Assembly: GCA_030704615.1 (NCBI GenBank) | Contig: CM060734.1 | Coordinates: 930,001 to 994,000 of the forward strand | Reading direction: 5' to 3' | Source: Takakia lepidozioides | Lineage: Eukaryota > Plantae > Bryophyta | Length of the DNA stretch: 64,000 bases | Part shown: positions 25,960 through 38,216 of the stretch, in pieces | Layout of the letters: every line of letters begins with the position of its first letter | Position numbering within the stretch: the first letter of the stretch is position 1 | Position numbers and translations under genes: made by a program | The notes under the pieces: generated by a model | Seen by the model: only the letters and a program-made list of their open reading frames with translations | The model's database searches: none | Told to the model about the DNA's origin: nothing

Positions 25960-26218
25960 ATCGCCCCCCTAGCTGGTGGATAGGTCCCTCTAACTCTAGA
26001 TAGCTACAATATGTAATAGCCACAGCCGTCCTAAGTCCCCTATCACTGTCCCTATTGTACTCAAATTCTATAGACCAAGAGGCCGGGTACAAGAGTAGCC
26101 CCATCGTTAGTCGCCGTCTTGCAATCTGTGAATTTGAGCCAGGACTTCGTGTATTCAAGGTATCTTGTAGCTGGGCCTTGCGTTGCTTGTTAGCCTTCCA
26201 TGGTTGTATCCACTCCCA

Positions 26219-29200
26219 CTATCCAATGCATTGTGGACATAACCAATCCCCATCCGGAACCATCTCAAGAGGTGGAGTCAAGCATCCCATATGCCAACCT
26301 CTAGAGCATCGATCACACACCAGCATGGTGGCTGCCCCTTTAGCAGACCCACACAACATGCACCTCAAACCAGCAGATACCACTGCCAGGTTTGGGTCAA
26401 TCCTGCCATCGACATTCGGAAGGTGACATGGCGCACAATTACGCACATGGTCCTTCCAAGTTATGCCATCCCGACCCTCCAAGACCAAGACGCCTGAGGG
26501 CAAGACCTCTTGAACCCTCAAAATAACACGTCCTGCAGTCACATCCAGGGTCGTAGGAGCAGTTTGCTGCAGATAGACATAGTCACCAGGGTTGAATCTC
26601 CGGACCCCAGGACGATAGCCCCCACCACGTATGGTAGCATACCTCAACGTATCACGGTGTTGTGCAATGGCAAGGTTCTCGAAAGCCATGGGCATGGCTC
26701 TCTTGAACAACTCTGAACGCTGCTCACATGCACGTGCCCACACGTCCGGATCGTCAAGGTTAAGAACTGTAGCAGCTTCTCTGCGAATGGATGTAGGCAA
26801 ATCCGGCTCTCGGCCAAAGAGAAGAAAATATGGTGAGAAGGAGGCAAGTGATGCTTGTTTGCTGAACCTGTAGCCCATGGCTAACCAGGGTAACTGAAGG
26901 TCCCAATCTCCTAGGTGTCCCTTCTGCAAGCCATACTTGCGCAAACCCCTCTTTACTGTCTGAACAAATCTCTCTGCCAAGCCATCGGCCTCAGGATGAT
27001 CCCGAGAAGTGGTGCGGTGGTCTATCAAGGCCTTGTTACACAAAGCCTGAAACTCCCCAAGAACTCTCTCCCTTGGTCCGTGAGTACCTCAGCTGGAGCA
27101 CCGAATCGGCTAAGCACACAATCCAAGAATGCATACGCAACTCCCTCACTAGCCTTATCAGGCAATGGAACCAATTCAATCCACTTGGAGAAGTGCTCCA
27201 CCATCACCAACACATACTTGTTGTGGCGCATGGTCAGTGGCAACGGCCCTGCGAAGTCAAGACTCCACCTGTAGCCCAATCCCATGATCGGAAGAGGGTG
27301 CAATTGTGGAGTAGGGCGTTGAATGAAGCACGCACCCTGTCACACACCATGCACCTAGCCACAAATTGTTGCACCTCTGTGTGCATACCACGCCACCAAT
27401 ACTGCCCCTGCAGTAGACTATGAGTGCGTCGCACCCCAAAATGCCCCAACTCCTCATGGGCATGCCGCACTAACCGTGCCCGCTGTGTTGGGTGAGGCAC
27501 AATCCTCACTCGACCATCCTCCCACACTCGGAGCAGGTGTGTTTCCTCCCACTTGAACCTCTTGGCTCGTTGTAGGATCCGATCCCTCTCTTTGGCAGTC
27601 ACAGTGGCTGTAGTGTCTCCAGTGCGGAGGGAGTCCAACACAATTGAATCCTCATGTATATCTTTGGCGCCACCTTGCTCATTGCTGGCCTCAGGGTCCT
27701 CAGACACTTGATCTACAGTCATCCCTGTTGCAGGTCCAACCTGGCCTTCCGCTGCCAAGATACACAGAAATGCAGATGCATGCCATCCGGGCACCATCTC
27801 CTCGTCCGTCTCACCATGCCACCGAGCTCCAGTGTCATCCTGCTGGCTCGTGCATGGATTGCGACTCAACCCATCTGCATTGCAATTGACCAAACCCGGT
27901 CGATGCACCACCTGAAAGTCATACTCTTGAAGTATGAGTGCCCACCGTGCAAGCTTCCCCGTAAGTTTGTCTGACTCCATCAACCACTTGAGTGGTTGGT
28001 GATCCGTGACAAGGGTGAAGAGGTTGCCGTATAGATAGCACCTGAAGTGTGCCATGGCCCACACTGCAGCTAAGCATTCTCCCTCATATGAGCTATACTT
28101 AGACTCTGCAGCATTGTTCGAGCGGCTAGCATAAGCCACTACAAACTCTCTTCCCTCATCATCCACCTGTGTGAGCACCGCTCCAAGCCCCAGCATGCTC
28201 CAATCTGTATGCAGCTGGAAAGGACGCCCCCTGATAGGTCATCTCAAGATGGGCGCCGAGGTCAACCTCGCCTTGAGCTCTTGAAAAGCTTGTTCTTGCT
28301 CATCTTCCCACTGCCACTCCTGGTCCACCTTGGTCAGCTTGGTTAGAGCCTTTGCAATGGCACTAAATCCTTAACAAACCGTCTATAATAGTTTGCTAAC
28401 CCCATGAAAGCTCGAACTCGGCTCACATCCGTGGGGCGTGGAACCTGTGCAATGGACTCTACCTTAGTCTGTTGTACCCCCAATCCTCCAGGATATATCA
28501 TGTGACCCAGATACTCAATCTGGTTGTGGAAAAACTTGCACTTGCCCGGATGTAACTTCAATCCGTGCGTCCTCAAGCGCTCAAATACCCCCTGAAGGTG
28601 TCTCTCATGCTCCTCCACCGTAGCACTAAAGATGATGATGTCATCTATGTAGCACCGAGCAAACTCCACCCCTGCTAGAATCCTGTCCATGACTCTTTGA
28701 AACTTAGCGGGAGCGTTTTTAAGCCCAAATGGTAAGAACCGCCACTGGTATAGGCAATCCTTCCCGTGCTCATTGATCCCCCAGAATGCCGTCTTTTGCT
28801 TATCCGCCTCCTTGATCGGCAACTGGTGATATCCGGATCGTAAATCCAACGTGCTAAAGACCATGGAATGCCCAATGGCATCAAAGATCTCCTCTGGTGT
28901 CGGCATGGCATACCTATCGGACTTGGTCTGACGATTTACAGGCCGGTAATCACCGCACATACGTCTCTCCGTCCAATTGCCATAGACATCCTTCTTGGCT
29001 CATCACTGTGGCTGAAGCATACTCTCCACCAGAGAGCTCCACCAAACCTGCCTCCCAGAGATCTTGAGTCCTCATCTGAATCAAAGACCTCTCCATGTCA
29101 CTGTATCTATAGGGTCTCCGAAAGATTGGCGTGTCAGTGGCCAACTCAATACGGATCTCTTGACCCTTCAGTGCTCCCAAGTCTTTCAAACTGAAGGCAA

Positions 29201-29300
29201 AGCAATTCCTGTGAGCCCTCAGGAACCGCCATATACGTCGTCTCTCTCCTCCGGTGACAATGGGTCCAATGTCAGGCTCCCAATTGTGCTCCATAACTGC
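26219..29300 (-). pseudogene. RT, RNase H, integrase and PHD of element C (frameshifted)
   Basis: LPFGLKNAP, YIDDIIIFS, GLGAVLTQ..VAYASR, WSLDFAGP; PHD at 26228-26362. Confidence 0.92.
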
Positions 29301-29659
29301 AACCTTAAGTCCAGTGGGCTTAGGGATAGAGGACGCGTCCCGTGGTTGCTATGCTGCAACCTCTTGAGCAGTACTTCCTTCCTGCTCAGTCAATGACAAG
29401 GCCTCATCCTGCCCCATCATCTCATCATTGAGAACCTCCTCATCCCGAGAAGAATCCCCAACCTCATCCATCACAGCTGCTTTGGCTGCCAACTCCCTCT
29501 GAACCTCGAGCACCTCCCACGTGTGCCATGGATGTCTACACCCCGTGGTCCTCACCGACTCGCCCCCACTCGCTGCCTGTACCGTCTCGGTAGGCAGAGA
29601 GACCGTCAAGGGAAGTGCACTCCGCACTCTACGTTGCTCAGGCATAGCCAAGCTGATAA

Positions 29660-30620
29660 TCCAGGTCAAGCAATTGAGATCCATTGCTTGCCCCAACACC
29701 TGACGACGTGATGCCTCAGAAAGAGAAGGCACCGCCGTGGTCCCAGTGGAAAACCCCATAGCCCGCTCTCACTCATCGGCATTAGGCTCCACTAACTGCT
29801 GCAACTGATTATCCCACAGGAGGCCAGGTCCACCATCCCGAAAAGCATGGGATCCTGAGAAGCTGAGCAGTGTAGGTAATGCTGTCTCGTGGTTGACCCA
29901 CCCTGTTGACCACTGCCAAAGGCGAACGGTCATCGTGTCTCACACGTTGAGACTGCCTCCCTGTGTCCAAAATGCCATCCACGGTGAGGTGGGCTGACCG
30001 CTGCACCCCATCAAATGCATGCTTGAGCAGTGCGGGTGGCATCAAGTTAGTCCACCAAAGCCGTGGACGATGAGCCCGTGACCCCACTGCAGCTGCATCC
30101 AGCAACGCTGCTGACCCAAGCCACGACCGGACTTGATGCACACTGGCCATCACCCTGGCCCGAGAATCACCCATCAGTGGCACATTCTCCAAGATGTATG
30201 CTGGAGATACAGCTTGATGAAGCTGCAAGTGGGCGCAAAACCCGTACCATACCATCCTCAAAACAACACCCGTCCTTGAGTCTCCAACCCTTGCCATGCC
30301 CGGCTTGATGACATCCCTTGGTAGGGGCCAACCTGCCACTACCAGATCAATGGAGCCAACCTGCTCCAAATCCGGCGCCCCCAGCAACGAAATGTCGGCT
30401 GGCAAGGCTTGTTGGTATCCCGAACTGCAGATACTGGCAACAAAGCAGGTACTACTGCTATACAAACCAATAAAACAACTGAGCCCATTGCGCAGTGAGA
30501 CGCTTCGTGCAGTCTCATCCCTCTCCACTACAGGAACGCCTTACTTGCACACACCTCTATAGCACAGCAGCCAATCGGTGCTGATTCCCTCCAAACAAGT
30601 CCAGAAGGCAAATGCCTTCT
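29660..30620 (-). pseudogene. DNMT3/DRM-like C5 cytosine DNA methyltransferase domain within pol (frameshifted)
   Basis: Motif I LLDLFGG(I)ST; II ERDETAR; IV DLVVAGWP(x)QG; VI YILENV; VIII GSRAHRPRLWWTN; IX ERERAMGF..GTT; X SRRQVLGQAMD. Confidence 0.85.
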
Positions 30621-31149
30621 TGGATATTGCCACACAATAGGTGTGGTATCCAATGGTGACAACTGAGGTGGTCCTGGTGCAATACCGCACTCTCCCTCAC
30701 TCTACCGCACTACTCTCTCCTCCTCCTGTCCTCCCCAAAAGCCTCTACCCAGGCTTGTTGCAACCGTTCGATCACAACTGCTGCAAATCCTTGCTCGTAC
30801 CCACATGGAGTTGTGAGCAACCAAAGCAGACAACCCCACCATACCATGCATGTCAATCCTGCTTCTGCTGGAGGTGGCACTCTCTGCATGGGCATGCCTT
30901 CCAGCAACTCTCGGGCCAACTAATGCAGCTGTAAAGGCGGCTAGTGTGGCATGTTGCCCCGCGGGCAGCCGCAATAACCCCAATGAATGTTACAGGGAGC
31001 TGTGCACGACGACCATCCCCTGACTGCCATCCAGTCTATAGAATGCTGACTCCTCCCAAAAGTCCGGGTGAAGCCTATGGGTTACCTGCACTGCCCCACC
31101 AACGAGGACATCGTAAGAGACCGCGTCTGTCCACAATGCCTTGGCTCGC

Positions 31150-31430
31150 ATTACTGAGCCATCGATAGGATGATCCGGCTGCAGTCTAATGGCCAAACTG
31201 ATGTCGTGTCATGCCCCCGAGCCTGCGCTGATCCTCCCAGAGATGTCTGTATCGGAAGGACAAGGCTCCATATCCGCCTCGATAAGGCCCAACCACCTGC
31301 AATAGCACTCCTGCCCAACATCAGTGGCTGAGCTCCCGAGTCCAACAAGACCCGCAGTGGCGGTACTTCTTGCCTGCCGGTCCACTCAAAGAGAAAAATG
31401 CCATCCTGGTTTGTCAACACAAACAACTCC
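31150..31430 (-). pseudogene. Aspartic protease of element C
   Basis: RVLLDSGAQPLMLG. Confidence 0.8.
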
Positions 31431-32299
31431 AGTGTGTCACCGTGGCGCGCTCCAGGCTGGCCTAGCTGGCAGCTCCGTCAACCTGGCAGCTGCGCTTGCC
31501 ATGGCGCAGCCGTGGCAGTCTTGACCCTCAAATCCGAGGATCCCTCTGCCACTTACAACCTTCCAGTAACTCCGCAGAAGATGAAGTGACTCCCCACTCT
31601 CACAGAGTGTTGCTGCTAGTCTGAACACTGCAGCTGGTCTTACCCCCGGCCCCGGTGTCGCAATCATGGTTGCCGAGAACGTGGGGCTTTGACACACAGA
31701 GGTGGCTACTCCCAAACACAACACACCGGCTGCACTAGCCTTGGCAGCAGGTGTCAGTTGCCGCACGTGTAGCTCTCCCCAATGGCATAGAAAACCTCCA
31801 CCTCGGTAACAGTCCGGGCGAGAACTAGGTGCCATGGATGGTGTTGACACTGTCTCCGCCAAGGTGAATGACTGAGGCAGCCTCGCTCCGACGGCTTGCC
31901 TCTCCCCCGTTGTGGATCCAATCTCCACCTCTGCACCTCGTGGCTCAGGAACTCGTGCTGCTCTTGAGTCACGGCTGCAACAGACTCCACCTGCACTAGT
32001 GGTAGTGCTGCTTTGCTCCGCACCTGAATCCCATGCCTCCCATATCTCCTCCCTCAGGAGCAGGAGGTGGACCATCCCGCCTGGAGCCGGTACCGCCCTG
32101 AGCTATAGCCATGGCCAGCGAGCCTCTGCTCTAGCTGCTGAAGCCGATTGGCCATGCCTTGGTCCACACCCGGACCTCCGCGTCCTTGGCCATGTGGAGC
32201 TTGCCCTTGGCCTGCACCTCGTGCCCCGACCACCTCGTCCTCTTTGGGCTGGTCCACCTCGCCCCCGGCCACCATTATTCCCTTGGAAACTGGCCTGGG

Positions 32300-33618
32300 C
32301 GCAACTCAGGATGCAATCATAACACTAACACTGGCATCTCCATGCCCATAACTTGCCGCAATGCCCCACACTGCAAACTGTGCAGCTGTGCTTGTGCCCG
32401 GTCTTTTGCCACTCCTCTGGGCAATCTCTCTTGACATGGGGTCCTCCACATGTCCAACATATCACCCCTAGTTGCTGTTGGCCTGCAAAAGATGCCACGG
32501 GCCTCTGCACCTGAGGTCCCCTATAAGCTCCATGGAACTTGGGCTGGGCAACCTTGCCCCCCTGACCACACTGTTGGGCAGTCCCTTGTGCCTGTGGGCT
32601 GACAGCTGTGCCCCGTGCAGGCATGTCCTTGCCAAATCCAATTGTAACAACTCGCTCCTCCACCATGTTGAGCTCAATCCGCTCAGCCTGCAGAAACACA
32701 TCTGCTAATGTGGGTTGGGCTGCTTGTAACAGGGTTGCATCTCGCACCCTTCTCTTGAGCTCCTTGTCCAGAATTCCATACCAAAACTGGATTGCCTGAG
32801 CTTCAGTAACCCCTTGGGTCACACTTATCAAGCGCCTCATACGAGTGTACGCCTCTTGCAGGCTCTCACTGGGTTTGCGCTGGAAGTCTTGCAAACTTCG
32901 CAGCTCTCTTCTCTGTCCGTACACCTTGGTAGTTCCTCCGCAACTCCTGGAAGAACTCCACCACCGGGTTGAATCTAGGCACATGTGTTGTAGTCGTGGC
33001 AGGAGGAGTAGTAGCACCTTTTGAACTGGTACCACCTACAGAAGTACCAGCACTACTTGCTCCACTACTAGTGCTGGCAGTGGGAGCTATTGGTACTGAT
33101 GCAGCTACTGGTCGCGTCGTGCCTCGAGTAATGGAGACGTAGTCAGGTGACCAATACATCCTCCACTCCTCAATCTCCGCTTCATGTCCTCGCCTGAACT
33201 CGTGGTAATCGTCCATAGGCGGGCCTTCAAATGCTGGAACAGTCCCTTCCACGCCATGAATGGGGTGAATAGCTGTGGATTGCTCCATCTGCTGCAAATC
33301 ACACCAGCTGTCGAACTCCTGGATAAAGTCATCCAACTCGATTGTGCCCACAGCTCCAGAGTACCTACGAGGCCCCTTGGTAGCTCCATACATCTCCTCC
33401 ATGTCGTCCCACAACAATGGCGAATGAAAGTGCACACCTGTTGATGAAGCCTCCGAGTCTGTGTCTGACTCTACAGTAATTGAGGGTGGCGGTGAAGGTG
33501 GTCTGAACCGAATACCTCGTCTTGTGAACCCACTCTCACTGTTACTGCCTGTAGCCGTACTCCCCTCAAAACCCTTGGGTAACTCCGTAATGACACTCAC
33601 AATGTGCACCTCCTCCAC
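32300..33618 (-). pseudogene. gag of element C with zinc knuckle
   Basis: FQRKPSESLQEAYTRMRRL (gag major-homology-like) and CWTCGGPHVKRDC; frameshifted. Confidence 0.8.
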
Positions 33619-34140
33619 GTAACACTATAAAGCTCTAGTACTAATCTAATAGTGACACGGGTGGGCACCTGTTGCAGTTTAAGGGTCATATCCCAATGGC
33701 TCAGGGCACCTGCACCTGCATCCACCGCAAGAACTCATATGGTTGGCTGGTCATCAACCCAGCCTCACCATAGAAGAAACACTGGTGGTCTTGCTGGTCA
33801 TCACTCCAGCCTCACCACCGACAGCATACTCTAGGATTGACTGGTGATCAAATCCGGCCTAATCCCTATGAAAGCAAGCGCCCACACAAAACCAACACAT
33901 GGCGCACAGTCAAGCATGCAGGTGTTGGGGGGGGATCCAAACACAAGAAATCAAAACATCAACACCCCCACACCAAAATCCAGCTGCAATGCTGATCCTG
34001 CAGAATATCCCAGCCCAAAACCCCGGACTGACTGGCCTCCACCAAGAGAGGCTTTGGCAACTACGAGTACAAGGTAATGAAAATAGTACAGAGATGGAGG
34101 GGAAGAATAGAAGCCCGCCCAAGCAAGATCTAATCCTGAT

Positions 34141-34890
34141 CTATGCTATCAACTTCCAGACTTCTCTCAAAGTGCCTCGCTCTGCTTGATGATAAGGTGT
34201 AGGAGGTATATCTATGTCCAGAAACCTGCCACTAACCTTGTCCCAAGCTACAGTAGCTCGCTCTAACCAACCCTCCTCATCTTTCTGCCAGGTAGAGACA
34301 AAGCAATACTCCCCTATCTCCCGCTCACTGAACACTAAAGAAAACAAAGGTAGGGTCTGATAGTCTCTCAACTCGAAAGCTTTGAGACGGTTGCGGGTGT
34401 CCTCATTGCGAATGACTGCATCTCCTTCACGCACAACAAACATGTCATTGCTGATGAACCCCCGCTCGTGGTTGCCCTGTGCAGAGCGTATCCGGCTGCA
34501 ACCGTGTATGATTGCACAAACTTGTGTAGCTCCTGCTCCTCTGCTCCAGTACACCACGGCCTTGTGGCCGAACACCTTGGTCCCCGGGGCTGTCTTTGGC
34601 TGTGTTCCAAGCCTAGCTTTCACCCACTTTGGTATTTCACTTACAGCTGCAGAACTGCTGGCTCCAACATAGTTCTGACTGTCCAAGGCGATATTGAGGC
34701 CCTCAACGCCAACTACAGCAGTCTGTTGTCTACTGCTAATGCCTGACTCCCAGTATGCAATCAACTCGTCCAACTGTTCTCCACTCAAATCAGTCTGAGT
34801 TCCTTGGGAAACATAAATCATATCCCCTTGTGTGCACAGGCTAAGAGAAGAGACCTGCCCGTCAATTACGTCCTCATTTCCCCCAGCCAT
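34141..34890 (-). CDS. Unknown 249-aa ORF upstream of gag inside element C
   Basis: ATG-initiated open frame on the element's sense strand; no motif recognised. Confidence 0.45.
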   Translation of the reverse strand: MAGGNEDVIDGQVSSLSLCTQGDMIYVSQGTQTDLSGEQLDELIAYWESGISSRQQTAVVGVEGLNIALDSQNYVGASSSAAVSEIPKWVKARLGTQPKTAPGTKVFGHKAVVYWSRGAGATQVCAIIHGCSRIRSAQGNHERGFISNDMFVVREGDAVIRNEDTRNRLKAFELRDYQTLPLFSLVFSEREIGEYCFVSTWQKDEEGWLERATVAWDKVSGRFLDIDIPPTPYHQAERGTLREVWKLIA

Positions 34891-37800
34891 ACAAGGAGTA
34901 CATCCACAGATTTGTCTCTCATATAGACCAGCACAGGTTCTAGAAACAGAATTGTGGATCTTTCATGACACACTCACACTCTAAAAATTCCATAGATTTT
35001 AAGCAGAGTCCTAAAAACAAAAACCAGGTCTAGATAGGTAGATTTCCCCTTTCTGCAGCTATCCCCCCAAAAACTGAGTCAAACAGAGCCCATATGACAA
35101 AGATATGACCAATTAGGCTCTAAATCATTCGAATTAGATCAAAAAGGTTTTTTTTTTTTTTTCTTAACACCAAAACATTCTCGCCATTAAAAACTGTTCC
35201 CATGTTATCTACGGGTTGATCTGTCGGATAAGTGATATCCACACTTGTGCCCTCCGTTCCCTGCAGGTTCCCGATTTTCCATCTGAACAGCCCGTCTCGA
35301 GTCTCTCCACACATGGGCGGGTCTTGGGGAATTACGATGAATACGGTGGCACGCTGAAGCTCAGCAGCAGGTAGACAATGTGTCCGTTAATGTAAAGAGC
35401 CTGGCAGATCGACAGTTTGAAACGATCAATGCTTCATCTCCTGTTATGCCATTCGCATCAGCCTGCCGTAGATTGTCTGTCAGCCAATATCCGAGTTCAA
35501 TTGTCCAAGCAGAAATCTACCAGAAATCTACCAACCGGCTACTGATTCCATAAATACTGGCAACTCCCATTCCGGATCTGTACTCAATGGATCAGTATAG
35601 AGTGGCTGCCCTTAGGGTGCGCTTCATCCCAACCAGGGTAATCTGCACTGAAGCCGAGATGACACTTGAAGCGGCTGCTTCCACAATGCTCCCTCTTTGG
35701 TGCATTCATCGTGCTAATCTAGCACTGCCCAAACCACGCCACAACTCTCGTTGGTGCAGGAAGTATGGCTGCCGCATTGCAGGTCTCGGGTCAGGCTCTC
35801 CATATCCTAGGCGTGCATATTGCTGCTGATATTGGGGCTGCCTTCAAATTGACTGCCAATAGGCCCGAACCTGTTTCATTAAAACCGAGACTGTCGAATT
35901 TCCGTCCAAAAAATGCTAGTGGGTATTTGCCATGACAGGCACCTGACAATGTATGAAAGCCCACCATAAAATCCGAATATCTTCAATCAGAAGTTGGAAT
36001 TCGTAATGGCCTCCATTCTGGTCTGTTTCATTGCCCCTTTGGCCTGCTTCATGATCAGCTCCTACGCTAACTCAATTTTCCCACGGATTGTAATAGATCC
36101 AACTCTTTTCTTAGAGTTCAAGAGGGTTCAAAAGAGGGGCCTCTTTGGCTAGCTGACAACAGGCATGTGCCCATTGATACTCCGGCCAAGAGTAACACCT
36201 GAAAAGCTGAATTTGGCAGATCCTAAGTACTTTACATTCCAGTTTTCTCGTTAAGTAACCTGCAGTACTCATACATACTCGACTAACCGTAATAAGGAGC
36301 TTAAGGAAGTCCTGGTGGATCAGGAGGCGGGGGCGAGGGAGGTGATGGACAGCACCTTAATTACGCACTTGCTAGAAAATCTAGCCTGACCCCGTCCATC
36401 CATTTGCTTGCTTCCTCGCGATGTGCAGCCAGACAACCTCACATCAACCAGCCCACAACCACTCCTTCATGGTGGCTGTGCTATAGTCGCACACCGACTT
36501 CCCACCCATTGCTAGTAACCATTCCACATGAAAGCCAACGACGGCACAATCTGCCTTCATGCCAGCCTGTCCCTCCTCGCTGACCAAGAAAACCAACGAT
36601 AGCCAGCCAACTTCTCAACTCGGCCTTTACTGATTGCACACCATGATATACGCCATGAACAACTTCACCAAATCGTTTGTCATCAGTACCGATATACCAT
36701 TGGCACAACGACTTGTAGACATGAGCCCATCAACCAGTCCAACACCTTGGCTGCTCACTATGTGCAGGTCTGAAACCATCAGTCTGCTCAGGAATTACCT
36801 ATAGCATGGTATTTTTATCTCTGCAGCTGAAGTCGAAGACCACGGTCCACCTACTCGCGTAACCAGCTGCACCTCCGCTTCTAACCACCAAGACAATGAA
36901 GGCTTGCATCCCAGCCTTGCGAGACAACAATAATGCTGATCGTTTCACCATGCTCGGCTCTCAATCTGCCGCTCAGCCAGTGACCGTTATAAAGGGAGAA
37001 TACCCATACATTTTTGTGTTACCGCTTTCAACACACAGAAGCCTAACTTGCCATTGCACCCTCGTGTTTCTCTCTCATCTTCACACAAAATCCACAAGTG
37101 CTAAAAACTAATTAAGCTCACATCTTGCACTCACAGAAGCAAACTGATCTCTCTCGAGTGATAAACAAAGCTAAGAACACACTGTTCACTCGTTAAAACA
37201 GAAGTCGAGCCAGGGGCACCCCAAGCTATGGGGACTCCACCCCACAACAACCTACACTCCCATCATAAACACACTCATATCTGAAGCGATGAAGGAGCTC
37301 GGTCGCGCAGGCTCAACTCGAGAGAGATGAACCACGCGACTGCCGCTCTCGTGAAGATAAGGCCGTTCAGGTGTCAAACTAAACTTGACACCTGATTTAA
37401 CACTTGACCTAAATCCAAGTGTTAAATACAAATAACTAGCTTTATTCTAGTTGTTTTCACACTGTGCTTATTTAACTTGACAGAGATACAAACCCCACCC
37501 CCCGCTTATATACTACTAGGAGTGAACTGCCTCGTGTGGACAATCTTCCAGTGGATGTCTCGTGAGGAAAAAAAACCATCCAACAGATGTCTCGTACGGA
37601 GAGAATAGTCCAAAAAGTCTCGGTGGGGGAAAGTCATCCAGTGGATGAAAACAAGTTCTCGACAAGAGAGAACTAGATCCAAAGAATAAAAATCATCCAA
37701 ATAGTCAATTGCATATCTCTCAAATACAACTAACTCCGTGAGTTTATGACTATGCAACAACCAATTATGCTGAAGTTAGAGCATGTTGTGCAAAGTCGTA

Positions 37801-38133
37801 AGGGCTGAAACCACTTCGAAAGGAACGCACAACTCGTAAGAGCTTTGCACACGCAGACCATCGCGCAACCATCGTCTTGCTAAAGCCTGCAGCTGTGTTG
37901 TCCTGAACGTGTCCAACCACGATCCCCACCTTCCGACCTCCAAGACGAAACACGGCTCGGTCTTCGTATTGTTGCCTCATCACATGAATGAGCAGCTTGG
38001 TCAAAAGAATGAAGATCAACATCTGCCTCCATTACGTGAAGGCGATTAAAGATGTGTTGCAGCTAACACTATAAGAAAGTTTAGGGTTCACATAAAGCGT
38101 CAAAACAATTGTAGCAGTAGAACGCGGATGCAC

Positions 38134-38216
38134 AAGTTTAAGGTTTGGGGTTTGGGGTTTAGGGTTAAGGGTTTTTTGGTTTAGGGTTTTTAGGGTTTTT
38201 GGTTTAGGGTTTAGGG
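38134..38216 (+). repeat. Degenerate telomeric tract
   Basis: TTTAGGG plus variants (TTTGGGG, TTAAGGG, TTTTTGG). Confidence 0.9.

Larger units (their letters stand above)
25873..37482 (-). mobile_element. Ty3/gypsy element C: extra ORF-gag-PR-DNMT-RT-RH-INT-PHD, flanked by 4-bp GAGA target duplication
   Basis: The host unit GGAAT-GAGA-TACAAA is split as ...GAGA|TGTCG...TTGACA|GAGA.... Domain order was read from the ORF fragments. Confidence 0.85.
21946..38133 (-). mobile_element. Array 1 of the hammerhead-containing non-coding ~1.15-kb unit, interrupted by a PPR remnant (23659-25520) and gypsy C (25873-37482)
   Basis: Unit sequence continues in register across both insertions. The first unit has three copies of a ~193-bp sub-repeat. 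Confidence 0.85.
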
